Virus record (IMG/VR): IMGVR_UViG_3300042350_001802
Location: 32,001-96,000 of that record
DNA length: 64,000 bases
From: a virus
Strand: one strand, 5' to 3'
A program made the position numbers and the translations under genes. The notes beneath the pieces were generated by a model. That model saw nothing but the letters and a program-made list of their open reading frames with translations. It was not told the origin of the DNA and did no database searches. Positions 1 through 10,100 of the stretch are shown here, piece after piece (the first letter of the stretch is position 1; each line of letters opens with the position of its first letter).

Positions 1-147
1 GGTCGTACGAACGGATTCCAGTCTTCTGGACAGTTCAACGGTTACCGTGTATTCATGAGTCAGACAATGCCTGCTATCTGGGTTAAAGACCCAACTAAGG
101 TGTTGAAGATTGTGATGCGCAACCCGATCACCGGTGGTTCATTCTAA
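1..147 (+). CDS. Major capsid protein, C-terminal end (partial)
   Basis: Frame 1 reads GRTNGFQSSGQFNGYRVFMSQTMPAIWVKDPTKVLKIVMRNPITGGSF*. The IWVKDP...NP tail resembles crAss-like MCP C-termini, and the downstream synteny fits. Confidence 0.75.
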   Translation, partial: GRTNGFQSSGQFNGYRVFMSQTMPAIWVKDPTKVLKIVMRNPITGGSF

Positions 148-161
148 TATATATGTACTAA

Positions 162-190
162 GGATAGGGGTGCTATATGTTCCCCTATCC
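162..190 (+). promoter_or_regulatory. 9-bp stem-loop after the MCP stop (mRNA stabiliser/attenuator)
   Basis: GGATAGGGG (162-170) pairs with CCCCTATCC (182-190). There is no U-tract, so it is not a canonical intrinsic terminator. Confidence 0.5.
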
Positions 191-242
191 CTCTGGTACA
201 CATTGTAAAAAGATCCCACTCTGTAGATAGTATCTGCAGATC

Positions 243-300
243 ACCTGTTGTACGCACACCGAGTTTGATCAACCGGAGAGCTTGCAACTCTCAACAGGTT
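243..300 (+). ncRNA. Candidate structured RNA (tRNA-like acceptor stem plus T-arm geometry)
   Basis: ACCTGTT (243-249) pairs with AACAGGT (293-299); GAGAG (276-280)/CTCTC (288-292) closes a 7-nt loop. No full cloverleaf and no CCA. Confidence 0.35.
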
Positions 301-376
301 CAAAATAAATAGTTAGTATTACACTAATCCGTCTAAGACGAGAGTCTGGACCTATTTATAAACCAAAAAACCAAAC

Positions 377-1393
377 ATGAGTAGTATTACAATGGTGGAG
401 AAGTATCCACAAAACAAAAAGTCTAGTATCGCAGTGCGTCCATTTTTTGAAGCTAATGTTTCAAACATGGGACTCGAAAAGTACGGACTCTCGCTCTTTG
501 ACGGTGCATTTCATGAAGAACAGCTTGCTTGTTTAGAGATAAACGGTATCAAGCGTTATCTGACAGGACTTAATGAGTTTGCTCCTGAGATTAAAGCACT
601 ATCTGCTGATGAAGCTGATGCGAAAGTGAAGCAAATCAGAATAGTGGTAGCTCAGTTAGAAAAAGAACTAGCAGCAAACATCATTGATCCTAAAGATGAG
701 CAGTTCTGGAATAAGGTGAAACTCTTAAAACCCGATAATGATGAGTTTTGGGGTAGAATTAAGATTGCTTGTGGTAATGAACCTTTATTCTTAGAACCTG
801 ATAAAGATCCTTATGATCTTATTAAATTATACGCAATCGAAGCTGGTGGTTTTTCTATCGTAGCTAAATCTTTTGAGGAAGCGCGTAGAATGCCAACACC
901 TCCTAAGTTCTATTTAGATAAACTAGAAGATACAGTGTCTACTAAGACAGAGGTGAAGAAACTTCGCAACAAAGCTCTTGCAGAACTACAAAAGCTCTTT
1001 GATAAGAATACAAATAAACTGTTTTATGTAGCTAAGGTGGTAGATATTAATTCCACTCAGTATAAAAAGTCTACACCAAATGATGTATTGTACGATAATA
1101 TGGACAAGTACATTAATGGAGAAACAGTAGAAACAAATAAAAAGAAGACAGCTGAGCGTTTCTTAGAAGTGGTAGATCTTGATATGGAAACACTTAAGCT
1201 TAGAGCAATTGTGAAAGATGCAACCTATTACAAGTATATTTCACCACGTGGAGATGGATTTATCTATCACATGCAATCTGGAACAATGCTTGGTAAAACT
1301 CCTACAGATATTGTAGAATATCTTAAGAATCCACTTAATGATCAGATTCTTATAGATCTTCAACAAAAGGTAGAAAAAACATGGAATAAGTAA
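377..1393 (+). CDS. Conserved crAss-like head-module protein immediately downstream of MCP
   Basis: 338-aa ORF with A-rich AAACCAAAC leader; position matches the conserved gene following MCP in crAss-like phages. Confidence 0.6.
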   Translation: MSSITMVEKYPQNKKSSIAVRPFFEANVSNMGLEKYGLSLFDGAFHEEQLACLEINGIKRYLTGLNEFAPEIKALSADEADAKVKQIRIVVAQLEKELAANIIDPKDEQFWNKVKLLKPDNDEFWGRIKIACGNEPLFLEPDKDPYDLIKLYAIEAGGFSIVAKSFEEARRMPTPPKFYLDKLEDTVSTKTEVKKLRNKALAELQKLFDKNTNKLFYVAKVVDINSTQYKKSTPNDVLYDNMDKYINGETVETNKKKTAERFLEVVDLDMETLKLRAIVKDATYYKYISPRGDGFIYHMQSGTMLGKTPTDIVEYLKNPLNDQILIDLQQKVEKTWNK

Positions 1394-2091
1394 TGGATAA
1401 TAATCTTGTTAAAGTTAAATTTTATGAACGCTTAAATAAACTTGCAAGCTTTGATTATGATAACATCGAATGCTGGCAGATTGCAGAAGCGTTTAATAAA
1501 GCTCAACGTGAGTGGTTTCGTAGACAAGTGCACGGTATTAATGTGCGCAAACAATCTACGGAACAAAGCACAGCTTTAATAGATGATATTCAGAAGTTTA
1601 TTAAATCGCAAGATTTAAAAGGAACTAATAAAAAGTTGTTCTTTGAAACAGAGCAGATTCCTGGTGATTATGCTCACTTTATTCGTTTAAGTTCTTATGC
1701 TGATGCTGGTAATTGTAAGAACAGAGAAGTGACAGTGTATTTAGCTGAAGAAGCAAATGCTGATGTTCTTCTTACAGATGTTTTAAAAGGACCCAGTTTT
1801 GAGTGGGCAGAAACATTCACTACAATGTACTTTGATCGTTTTAAGGTGTATACAAACGATAAGTTTAAAGTTACAAAAGCTGTTTTGTATTATTACAGAA
1901 AACCTGCAGATATTTCTTTTGATGGGTGTGTAAATCCTTCTACAGGACAATCTTCTACAGAACAAATATGTGAACTTAGAGATGATGTTGTAGAGATTAT
2001 TATAGATGAAGCAGTAGCAATACTTGCAGGTGATATGGATAATTTTAATCAGTATCAGCGTAACTTACAAAACGGACAAAGAAATAGTTAA
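1393..2091 (+). CDS. Putative tail ring/adaptor protein
   Basis: 232 aa; FNKAQ N-terminal motif, YYRKP and C-terminal CEL..VVEIIIDEAV pattern resemble crAss-like ring proteins; TAATG-coupled to the upstream gene. Confidence 0.6.
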   Translation: MDNNLVKVKFYERLNKLASFDYDNIECWQIAEAFNKAQREWFRRQVHGINVRKQSTEQSTALIDDIQKFIKSQDLKGTNKKLFFETEQIPGDYAHFIRLSSYADAGNCKNREVTVYLAEEANADVLLTDVLKGPSFEWAETFTTMYFDRFKVYTNDKFKVTKAVLYYYRKPADISFDGCVNPSTGQSSTEQICELRDDVVEIIIDEAVAILAGDMDNFNQYQRNLQNGQRNS

Positions 2092-2093
2092 TC

Positions 2094-2570
2094 ATGAACC
2101 GAGTACTAGCAAGACAACAGTCTATGATTCCATCGCAAAAATTACAGAGACCTGCAGAAACTCCTGTAGCTCAAGATCCTGTAATGAAAACACCTTGTGC
2201 TGAAACAGGAATGTTGGTTGGAGAAATGATGAGCGCTAGTGTAAGTTTTCATAATCTTCATTTAAAAATCACTGGACCTGGTTCTTTTTCAGCACATAAA
2301 GCTCTTGGAGATTTTTACGAAGGTATTCAAGGTCATGCTGACAGTGTTGCTGAGCAGTATCAAGGAGCTCGCGAGTCATTATTAGATATTCCCGCAGTGT
2401 ATCCAACAACTCTATCATCTGTAGATGAAGCAGTTCAGTATTTGAGAGATCTTTCTGGTAAGGTGGACACTTTGCAAAAGATGATGCCTTTTAGTGAGAT
2501 TGTTAATCAACTGGATGAAGTGAAGAGTTTAATTGATTCAACTAAGTATAAACTATTATTCCTAAGCTAA
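2094..2570 (+). CDS. Dps/ferritin-like four-helix bundle protein
   Basis: FHNLHL...SFSAHKALGDFYEG...ADSVAEQYQG matches the Dps-type H..H..D..E ferroxidase pattern; ends KYKLLFL like phage ferritin-like proteins. Confidence 0.75.
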   Translation: MNRVLARQQSMIPSQKLQRPAETPVAQDPVMKTPCAETGMLVGEMMSASVSFHNLHLKITGPGSFSAHKALGDFYEGIQGHADSVAEQYQGARESLLDIPAVYPTTLSSVDEAVQYLRDLSGKVDTLQKMMPFSEIVNQLDEVKSLIDSTKYKLLFLS

Positions 2571-2606
2571 TTATTTTTTATTTTTTAACCCATAAATGTA
2601 AACAAC

Positions 2607-3971
2607 ATGGCTTATTTTAATCATGCGTTCAAGAAAGCGTTTCTTCCTGCAACAACTGGAAATGCGCTTGTTCTTGCTGATGGTGGTAGCACAGCAGATC
2701 TTACTGCTGGTGAACTGGGTCTTTTTGACGCGAAGACTTACCAGGCTATTACTACTGTAAGTTCTAAACCCTTTATTCTTGCACAGGGTTCTTATTTCAC
2801 TAGTGATAAGATCGGACCTTTTCACGGTGGGTATAAAGAGTCTGTAAAGAGTAAGGTGATCAATCCTAAGTACATCACCAAAGTATGGACTGCTTGTGCT
2901 GAAGAACCTCAGAATCAAGAGATTGAAGTATCTGTTAGTGGCGCTGAGTGCGGTACTACTTACTATCTTCGCTTGGATCTTAAAGGATCTCCTGCTTTGC
3001 GTCTGCTTTCTCACAACATTTATCGTACTGTAGATGCTTTTACAGGATGTTGCGATGATGATTGTTCTGCTACTTGTACTGGAGCTTTGGTTGACCCAAC
3101 TATCGTAACTATCAACTGGGCAAAGCAAATCCTGGAGCGTCCTATTCTCCCTGATTTTGTAAAGTTGGTTGTAACAGACTACGAAGGAAACACTGTAGCT
3201 ACACAAGCTGGTACATCTCAAGCTGATATTGCTGCGTTTATCGCTGCTTTAGATGCTTATCTTGCTGGTCCTGTGCATGCTGCTTTTGATCCTACAACTG
3301 ATGCTTCTACAGATTCAGTTCTGACATTAGTTGCTGCTTATGTAGACACTAAATTCGGTAACTGTACTTTCACTCCTACAGATCATTACGAACTTCAACC
3401 TTTGCAGATTTTCCCTTCATTGGTTGATGAGTCTGGTGAACCTTGTGTTGTGAGAAGCGGTCCTAACGCAGACTACGATTGGACTTGGAAAGGATTTGCT
3501 TGTAACCTCATCCAACCTGGACTTCAAGCTCAGGGAACTGGTGAGACAGTTGTACGCGAATTGATCCTTGATACTCGTTATCATCAGAACGCTTTCCCTG
3601 ACAACAAATATGTTGACAGCTTGCGTATGCGTGAGATCGAGACTGATCCTGCGATTAAGAACTTTAATCGTAACACCTTGTGGGATTCTATCAACATTCT
3701 TCACAGTGTTCCTCGCTTTAACAACCCAACTGGTACATTTGACAACGATCAGTATTTGCTGAGCTTGTACATTCCTAAAGGAACAAATGCTATCTTATTC
3801 CTTAACATGATTCAGGATATCCTGAACTGTGCTGGAAATGGTGTTGAAATTGAGAGCACTAACGCTACACCTTGTTCTAATTTGACACCTGGTGTACCTT
3901 TTGTGAACAATTGTGACACTACTCCTACAACAACTGTGCCTCCTACTAGTAGCACTACCACTGTAGGTTAA
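2607..3971 (+). CDS. Abundant structural protein (auxiliary capsid-like) with C-terminal Thr-rich tail
   Basis: 454 aa, followed by a strong terminator; position matches the crAss auxiliary capsid gene; ends DTTPTTTVPPTSSTTTVG. Confidence 0.5.
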   Translation: MAYFNHAFKKAFLPATTGNALVLADGGSTADLTAGELGLFDAKTYQAITTVSSKPFILAQGSYFTSDKIGPFHGGYKESVKSKVINPKYITKVWTACAEEPQNQEIEVSVSGAECGTTYYLRLDLKGSPALRLLSHNIYRTVDAFTGCCDDDCSATCTGALVDPTIVTINWAKQILERPILPDFVKLVVTDYEGNTVATQAGTSQADIAAFIAALDAYLAGPVHAAFDPTTDASTDSVLTLVAAYVDTKFGNCTFTPTDHYELQPLQIFPSLVDESGEPCVVRSGPNADYDWTWKGFACNLIQPGLQAQGTGETVVRELILDTRYHQNAFPDNKYVDSLRMREIETDPAIKNFNRNTLWDSINILHSVPRFNNPTGTFDNDQYLLSLYIPKGTNAILFLNMIQDILNCAGNGVEIESTNATPCSNLTPGVPFVNNCDTTPTTTVPPTSSTTTVG

Positions 3972-3995
3972 TAACTACATTGATTAACATAAAAG

Positions 3996-4025
3996 AGGGT
4001 GGGGATTTTTCCCTACCCTTTTTTT
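3996..4025 (+). terminator. Rho-independent terminator
   Basis: AGGGTGGGGA / TCCCTACCCT stem followed by a T-run. Confidence 0.8.
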
Positions 4026-4113
4026 ATTTGCAGAAGTGCTCTTTTTTTGTTATATTATTATTGAGTAGTATGCCCAATTTAGACATACACTTTTAAAGTG
4101 TAAACCATTGATT

Positions 4114-4662
4114 ATGAGACACATATTAGGTTTAGATAATATAGAAACAGCAAATAAAACAATCATACGTATTGCAGATGCTAGTATTTATGCTGATTTT
4201 CCAGCAACTTGTGGACTTTTAGAAATACAAGCACCAGGTTTTAACATCATTAAACAGTTTGATGTCACTCCTAATTTTACGCTTGTTTTGAATGCATGTA
4301 GTCTTGGTTTACAGACAGATGATTGTGGTGATCACGCTGCTGATCTTCCTGATGGAATTTGGAAAGTAAAGTACTCTGTTTCCCCTAATGATAAAGTTTA
4401 TGTAGAATATGCATGGTTAAGAACCACTGCATTCATGGCAAAGTATTATGATATACTTTGTAACCTTGACATGTCTGGATGTGATCCTTCACAAGAAGTA
4501 GCGTCACAACTAGAGCAGTTAGGGATGATTCGTATGTATTTGGATTCTGCTAAAGCGGAAGTTGAATACTGTCATGAACTTCAGAAGGGAATGGATGTTT
4601 ATAAATATGCAAAAGCTCAGTTGGATAAACTAAGCGTTGCATGTTGTGGAGCGACTTGTTAA
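4114..4662 (+). CDS. Cys-rich putative structural protein
   Basis: ATG at 4114 preferred to TTG at 4108; contains an LPDGIWKVKYSV Ig-like motif and ends ACCGATC. Confidence 0.55.
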   Translation: MRHILGLDNIETANKTIIRIADASIYADFPATCGLLEIQAPGFNIIKQFDVTPNFTLVLNACSLGLQTDDCGDHAADLPDGIWKVKYSVSPNDKVYVEYAWLRTTAFMAKYYDILCNLDMSGCDPSQEVASQLEQLGMIRMYLDSAKAEVEYCHELQKGMDVYKYAKAQLDKLSVACCGATC

Positions 4663-4681
4663 ACCAAAAATAAAACCAATT

Positions 4682-4828
4682 ATGTCACAGTCAGTTTGTC
4701 CAAACTGTTCTTCTAAGATTACATGCGGATGTCAAAGAAGAACAGCATCAGATGGTAAATCCGTATGTTCTAATTGTGTAACGCTTTACGAAAAGAAGTT
4801 ACAGGAACAAAAAGCACAAAAAAGATAA
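4682..4828 (+). CDS. Small Cys-rich (zinc-binding-like) protein, 48 aa
   Basis: ATG at 4682 after an AAAACCAATT leader; CPNC..TCGCQ..VCSNC pattern. Confidence 0.6.
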   Translation: MSQSVCPNCSSKITCGCQRRTASDGKSVCSNCVTLYEKKLQEQKAQKR

Positions 4829-4829
4829 A

Positions 4830-5393
4830 ATGTCTTGTTATTCTACACCCACATCAGAAACAAATACATGTTGCCCAGCAGAAGCACCTAACTTAGTTAA
4901 AGATGCTAAGAAGGTCTACTCGCAATACGCATCTAATGTATATGCAGAGTTTCTCACTAAAAGATATGGAGTGAAGTCATGCAGAAAACAGCGTGACTTC
5001 ATTTCTGCTTCTATACGTAAGCAAATGCTTGATTGGCAACTTATTGCTGGTGTTAAGTGTGATGTAAATATTGGGTTTGCAGATGGATCTATTGTACTTC
5101 CTTCTTCTGGAGTTCTTGAGATTCCTGTACAAGGAACAGATGGTCTTATTCATGTTAATATGGGTGGTTGTGAAATTAAACTTAAAGTGACTAGTAGACC
5201 TGATAACTATGCACACGTTCAGTCTATTCCGTCTACTAACTGGTTTATTAAACATAATCTTGGATATAACCCAGTTGTACGTACAGAAAATGCTATGGGT
5301 GTAGATATGGAAGGTGTGATTACACATGATAATGTTAATGAACTCACTATCGTATTTTCTCAACCCGTTACCGGAACAGCATACTTATCATAA
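4830..5393 (+). CDS. Structural protein with C-terminal W.I.HNL tail-fibre-type module
   Basis: C-terminus HVQSIPSTNWFIKHNLGYNPVV...FSQPVTGTAYL is paralogous to the C-terminus of the next gene. Confidence 0.6.
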   Translation: MSCYSTPTSETNTCCPAEAPNLVKDAKKVYSQYASNVYAEFLTKRYGVKSCRKQRDFISASIRKQMLDWQLIAGVKCDVNIGFADGSIVLPSSGVLEIPVQGTDGLIHVNMGGCEIKLKVTSRPDNYAHVQSIPSTNWFIKHNLGYNPVVRTENAMGVDMEGVITHDNVNELTIVFSQPVTGTAYLS

Positions 5394-5926
5394 TGGCAGA
5401 TAATAAATTATATCTACATAATATTGATTTAGCAACAAATCAGTTGTTAAATGCTAGAATGCAACCAGTTACAACTGGAGTGAGAAATGCTCTTGCTAGC
5501 AATTATAACTCAGGAGATGAAGGCATTCTAGTTTATGATATTGATTTAGATGCTTTTTTTGTATGGGATGGAAATCAGTGGGTACAGGTAACACTAACTC
5601 CTATTCAGATAGCTCAGTTACAAGCTGCTTATGATAATATTATAACAGGAATAACGGTAAGTCCGATTAATCCTGAGCAAGCGATGATTACGCTTAGTAA
5701 GCTTAATGCTGTTCCTATCACATACACTTATGAGCGTGCTTATATTCATAATCAAACATCACCAGCTTCTACATGGACAGTAGCACATAATTTAAATAAG
5801 TATCCATCAGTTTCTGTAGTGGATAGTGCATATGAAGAAGTGATAGGTGAGGTGGAATACTTAACCCCAAATACACTAGAGGTTAGATTTACAGCACCTT
5901 TTAGTGGACAAGCATATATAAATTAA
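5393..5926 (+). CDS. Tail-fibre-associated structural protein
   Basis: G.LVYD.D...FVWDG..W motif plus the HNQTSPASTWTVAHNLNKYPSV...FTAPFSGQAYI module. Confidence 0.65.
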   Translation: MADNKLYLHNIDLATNQLLNARMQPVTTGVRNALASNYNSGDEGILVYDIDLDAFFVWDGNQWVQVTLTPIQIAQLQAAYDNIITGITVSPINPEQAMITLSKLNAVPITYTYERAYIHNQTSPASTWTVAHNLNKYPSVSVVDSAYEEVIGEVEYLTPNTLEVRFTAPFSGQAYIN

Positions 5927-5937
5927 AAATATTCGTC

Positions 5938-7155
5938 ATGTCAAAAAGAGTCTTAACCAGTCTCGACTTTGCGAAAAATCAGATACTGAACGTAGCTCTA
6001 CAAAATCTACCTTCACCTCCTGGTTCTCCTGTCGCAGGTCAGATATATTATGATACAACAGATTTTCGTGTATACTTCTGGGATGGTTCATCCTGGATAG
6101 ATATGTCAGGAGATATCCGTGATGTTATTGGAGGAGCAGGTATTACAACAACCACTGTAGGAGATGTCGTTACAGTGGATGTAAACGTAGACAATGTTAC
6201 CATCGAAGTAGATGGTAGTGATAATCTACGAATTAAAGATCTTGGTGTAAGTACAGCAAAACTTGCTGACTCTGCAGTTACAACTATTAAGATTAATGCT
6301 AACGCAGTAACATATGATAAGATCCAGCAAGTTGGGTCTATGAAAGTGTTAGCAAACCTTACAGGTTCAACAGCTAACGTAGCTGAGTTTGATGTTTTAA
6401 CAGATATATCTACAGGAGCTAGTAATACAAATCTAGGTACAGCGCTTGCTGTTAAAAACTATGTAGATAATGCGATAGCAGGTATTGGTATTTTACAGGG
6501 TGGATGGGACGCATCTAGCGGTGCGTTTCCCTCAGCTCCTGGTGGTACAATGAAGGGTGACTACTGGTATGTTACAGTTGCAGGTACTTGTTTTGGACTA
6601 GTATTTAATGTAGGAGATGTAATTATTGCAGCTATAAACAGTGCATCAACAACCAATCCTAACGACTGGATAGCACTTGAAGTTAACCGTGATCAAGCTA
6701 CTGAAACAGTTCTTGGTATTATTAAGCTTGCAACACAAGCACTTACAGATGCAGGTACAGATGACCTCACTGCTGTCACTCCTTTAAAGCTAGCAGGACG
6801 TACAGCAACTGAGACACGTACTGGTATAGCAGAAATTGCTACACAAACAGAAGTTAATGCTGGTCTTGACGATAGTAGAATTGTAACTCCTTTAAAACTT
6901 GTTACATATTTAGCTACGTTTGCAGGTGGATATAAAGCAACCATAAATGTTACTGCAGCAGGTACATATACAGTGACACACAACTTAAATAACTTAGATG
7001 TTCAAGTTGAGGTGTACAGAGAGTCTACGGGTGAAACAGTGATATGTGACGTAGCTCGTATTACAGTGAATGATATTAATCTTACATTCTCATGGGATGC
7101 TTCTGTAGCAGCTTCCATGACTGGTAACTATCGTGTACTTGTTAAAGAACAATAA
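5938..7155 (+). CDS. Tail fibre protein
   Basis: GQIYYDT..VYFWDG, VTTIKI/VSTAKLAD repeats, AT.T..GI..(L/I)AT fibre repeats and a C-terminal THNL module. Confidence 0.75.
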   Translation: MSKRVLTSLDFAKNQILNVALQNLPSPPGSPVAGQIYYDTTDFRVYFWDGSSWIDMSGDIRDVIGGAGITTTTVGDVVTVDVNVDNVTIEVDGSDNLRIKDLGVSTAKLADSAVTTIKINANAVTYDKIQQVGSMKVLANLTGSTANVAEFDVLTDISTGASNTNLGTALAVKNYVDNAIAGIGILQGGWDASSGAFPSAPGGTMKGDYWYVTVAGTCFGLVFNVGDVIIAAINSASTTNPNDWIALEVNRDQATETVLGIIKLATQALTDAGTDDLTAVTPLKLAGRTATETRTGIAEIATQTEVNAGLDDSRIVTPLKLVTYLATFAGGYKATINVTAAGTYTVTHNLNNLDVQVEVYRESTGETVICDVARITVNDINLTFSWDASVAASMTGNYRVLVKEQ

Positions 7156-7157
7156 TA

Positions 7158-10100
7158 ATGAAGTTTGTAACCGACATACTAGCAAAAGCAAATCTAGTTG
7201 TCGATGGTAGCGTCATACTGAATACTACACCTAATGCTATCGTTGATACAGATAAGTTTTTGGTTCAAGATGGAGCAACCATTAAGTACCGTACAGGAGC
7301 AGAAGTGCTTTCTGATATTGGTGCTCAGGGTGCTATCACTCTCACTGTTATAGGAAATAGTGGTCCAGCTACTCTGATAGGTAATGGACTAAATATTCCT
7401 ACATATTCTTTATCAGGACTCGGAGGGGTTCCTCTCACTCGTACTCTTACAATAAACGGAACTAGTTACGATCTTAGTTTTGATAGAACCTGGTCAGTAG
7501 GTACTGTCACTAGTGTTGATATGTCCGTACCTACAGGATTTACTATATCTGGTAATCCTATTACAACCACTGGTACTTTAGCATTAGCTTTTGCATCGGG
7601 ATATGCACTTCCAACTGTAGCATCTCAGCTTAACTGGAATAGTGCGTATAATAATATGATCACTGCAATCTCCTATAATACATCAACAGGGGATGTTACA
7701 CTTACACAACAGGATCTTGGGACACTTAGTGCTACTATTACATTACAACCTTTTACTACTACAAACCTTGCAGAGGGAACTAATCTCTACTACACGGACG
7801 CGCGCGCGAGACTAGCTTTATCAGCTGGTACAGGTATAAGTTATAATAATCTCACAGGTGTTATCACTAACTCAGACACAGGTTCTGCTCAGAATATATT
7901 TAAAAATATTGCAGTAACTGGACAGAATACTATCGTAGCAGATAGTAATAATGATACACTTACAGTGGTAGCTGGAACAGCTATTTCTATTACTACTGAT
8001 GATACTACAGATTCTATCACTATTACAAATACTCTACCTGATCAAACTGTAGTATTAACTGGAGCTGGTACAACTGTAGTTTCTGGAACCTATCCTAATT
8101 TTACAATTACATCAAATGATTCATATGGAGGAACAGTAACAAATGTTTCTGCTTTAACTATTGGAACTACTGGTACAGATTTAAGCAGTAGTGTAGTAAA
8201 TAGTACAACCACTCCAGTTATTACATTAAATGTTCCAACAGCATCTTCTGTAAATAGGGGAGCTCTTTCTGCAGCAGATTGGAGTATGTTTAATGCAAAG
8301 CAGGATGCTCTCACTCTTACTACAGTTGGTAGTTCAGGAGCGTCAACATTAATTGGAGCTACTCTTAATATTCCTGCTTATACACTTTCTGGACTTGGTG
8401 GGGTTCCTAGCACACGTACAATTAATGGTTTAGCTCTTTCTTCTGATCAAACATTTGCTACTGGAACAACGGGTACAGACTTTAATATTGTAAGTGCAGG
8501 TACTGTTCATACATTTAATATTCCTGATGCGTCTTCTACAGCTAGAGGACTAATTAACGATATTTCACAAACTATTAATGGTACAAAAACTTTCTTAAAC
8601 TCTCCTGTAGTTCCTTCTTTGTTTTTAACAAACATGGGAGCAGGAAGTGGGGCTGTTTATTATGATGTTCCAGATAATCGTTTAACACTTGCTAACTATA
8701 ATGTAGGTGGTGAGATTAAGTTTGAGGTGAATGGTGGTGTGTACACAATGACTCTAAATAGTGACCTCACTATTGAGTTAATGGGATATACAACTAATGG
8801 ATTCCTTAAAACATCCGGATCTAATGGTTTATTAGTAGTAGATACTACATCTTACACTCCAACTACTAGAACTCTTACTATAAATGGTGTTGCTCATGAT
8901 TTGTCAGCAGATAGATCATGGTCTGTTGGAACAGTAACATCTGTTGGACTTTCAGTTCCTACAGGATTTAGTGTTGCAAGTTCTCCAGTTACTACATCTG
9001 GAACTATAGCTTTAAGTTTTGCTTCTGGGTATAGTCTTCCCACAAATGCTTCTCAGTCCAATTGGGATGCAGCATATACTGGAAGAATAGATTCTTTGAC
9101 AACTACAGGAACAAGTGGTGCTGCAACCTTTGTAGCAAACGTTCTTAATATCCCTCAGTATCAAGCTCAGGGTAACTATATCACTTCTCTTACTGGTGAA
9201 GCTACTGGATCAGGTCCAGGTGCAACTACTGTAACTCTTACTAACTCTGCTGTAATAGGTAAGGTGCTAACAGGACTTACAGTTACTAGTGGTGCAGTGG
9301 TTGCAACAGATAGTATTTTACAAGCATTTGGAAAAGTACAAGGTCAAATCAATGCTCTTGCTGGGGGTCTTCAGTTTCAGGGTACATGGAATGCTAATAC
9401 TAACTCTCCAACGATTACATCTGGTGTTGGTACACAAGGTTATTTTTATATTGTAAATGTAGCAGGTAATACCACAATTGATGGTAATACTGGATGGCAA
9501 GTAGGTGACTGGATCTTGTTTGACGGTACAGTGTGGCAAAAGGTGGATAACACTGATGCTGTTACATCTGTTAACGGATTTACAGGAGCTGTTGTTCTTA
9601 CAACCACTAATATATCTGAGGGTACAAACCTTTATTATACTGATGCTAGAGCTAGACAAGCAATCAGTCTTACCACTACAGGATCTAGTGGAGCAGCCAC
9701 TTATAGTAATGTAACAGGTATTCTTAATATACCACAATATACATTAACAGGACTTGGTGGTGTTCCCACTTCTAGAACAATAACTATTAATGGTACAGCA
9801 CAAGACTTATCTGTTGACCGCACTTGGAACGTAGGCACTGTAACTAGTATTGCAACTACAGGTCCAATTACAGGAGGCACTATTACAGGAACTGGTACAA
9901 TTGGTATTACACAAGCTACTACATCAACTAATGGATATCTATCTAGTACAGACTGGAACACCTTTAACAATAAGCAGAATGCTATCACACTAACAACAAC
10001 AGGAAGTAGCGGATCTGCAACTTTTGTTGGTGCAACACTGAATATACCTAACTACACTTTATCTGGTTTAGGTGGTGTTCCTGATAGTAGAACTTTGACC

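Noticed and set aside
243-303. Canonical tRNA gene or bona fide SAM-II riboswitch
   Set aside because: Too short, with no D arm, no TTC T-loop and no CCA; the SAM-II 3' pseudoknot strand is not evident. Kept only as a candidate structured RNA.
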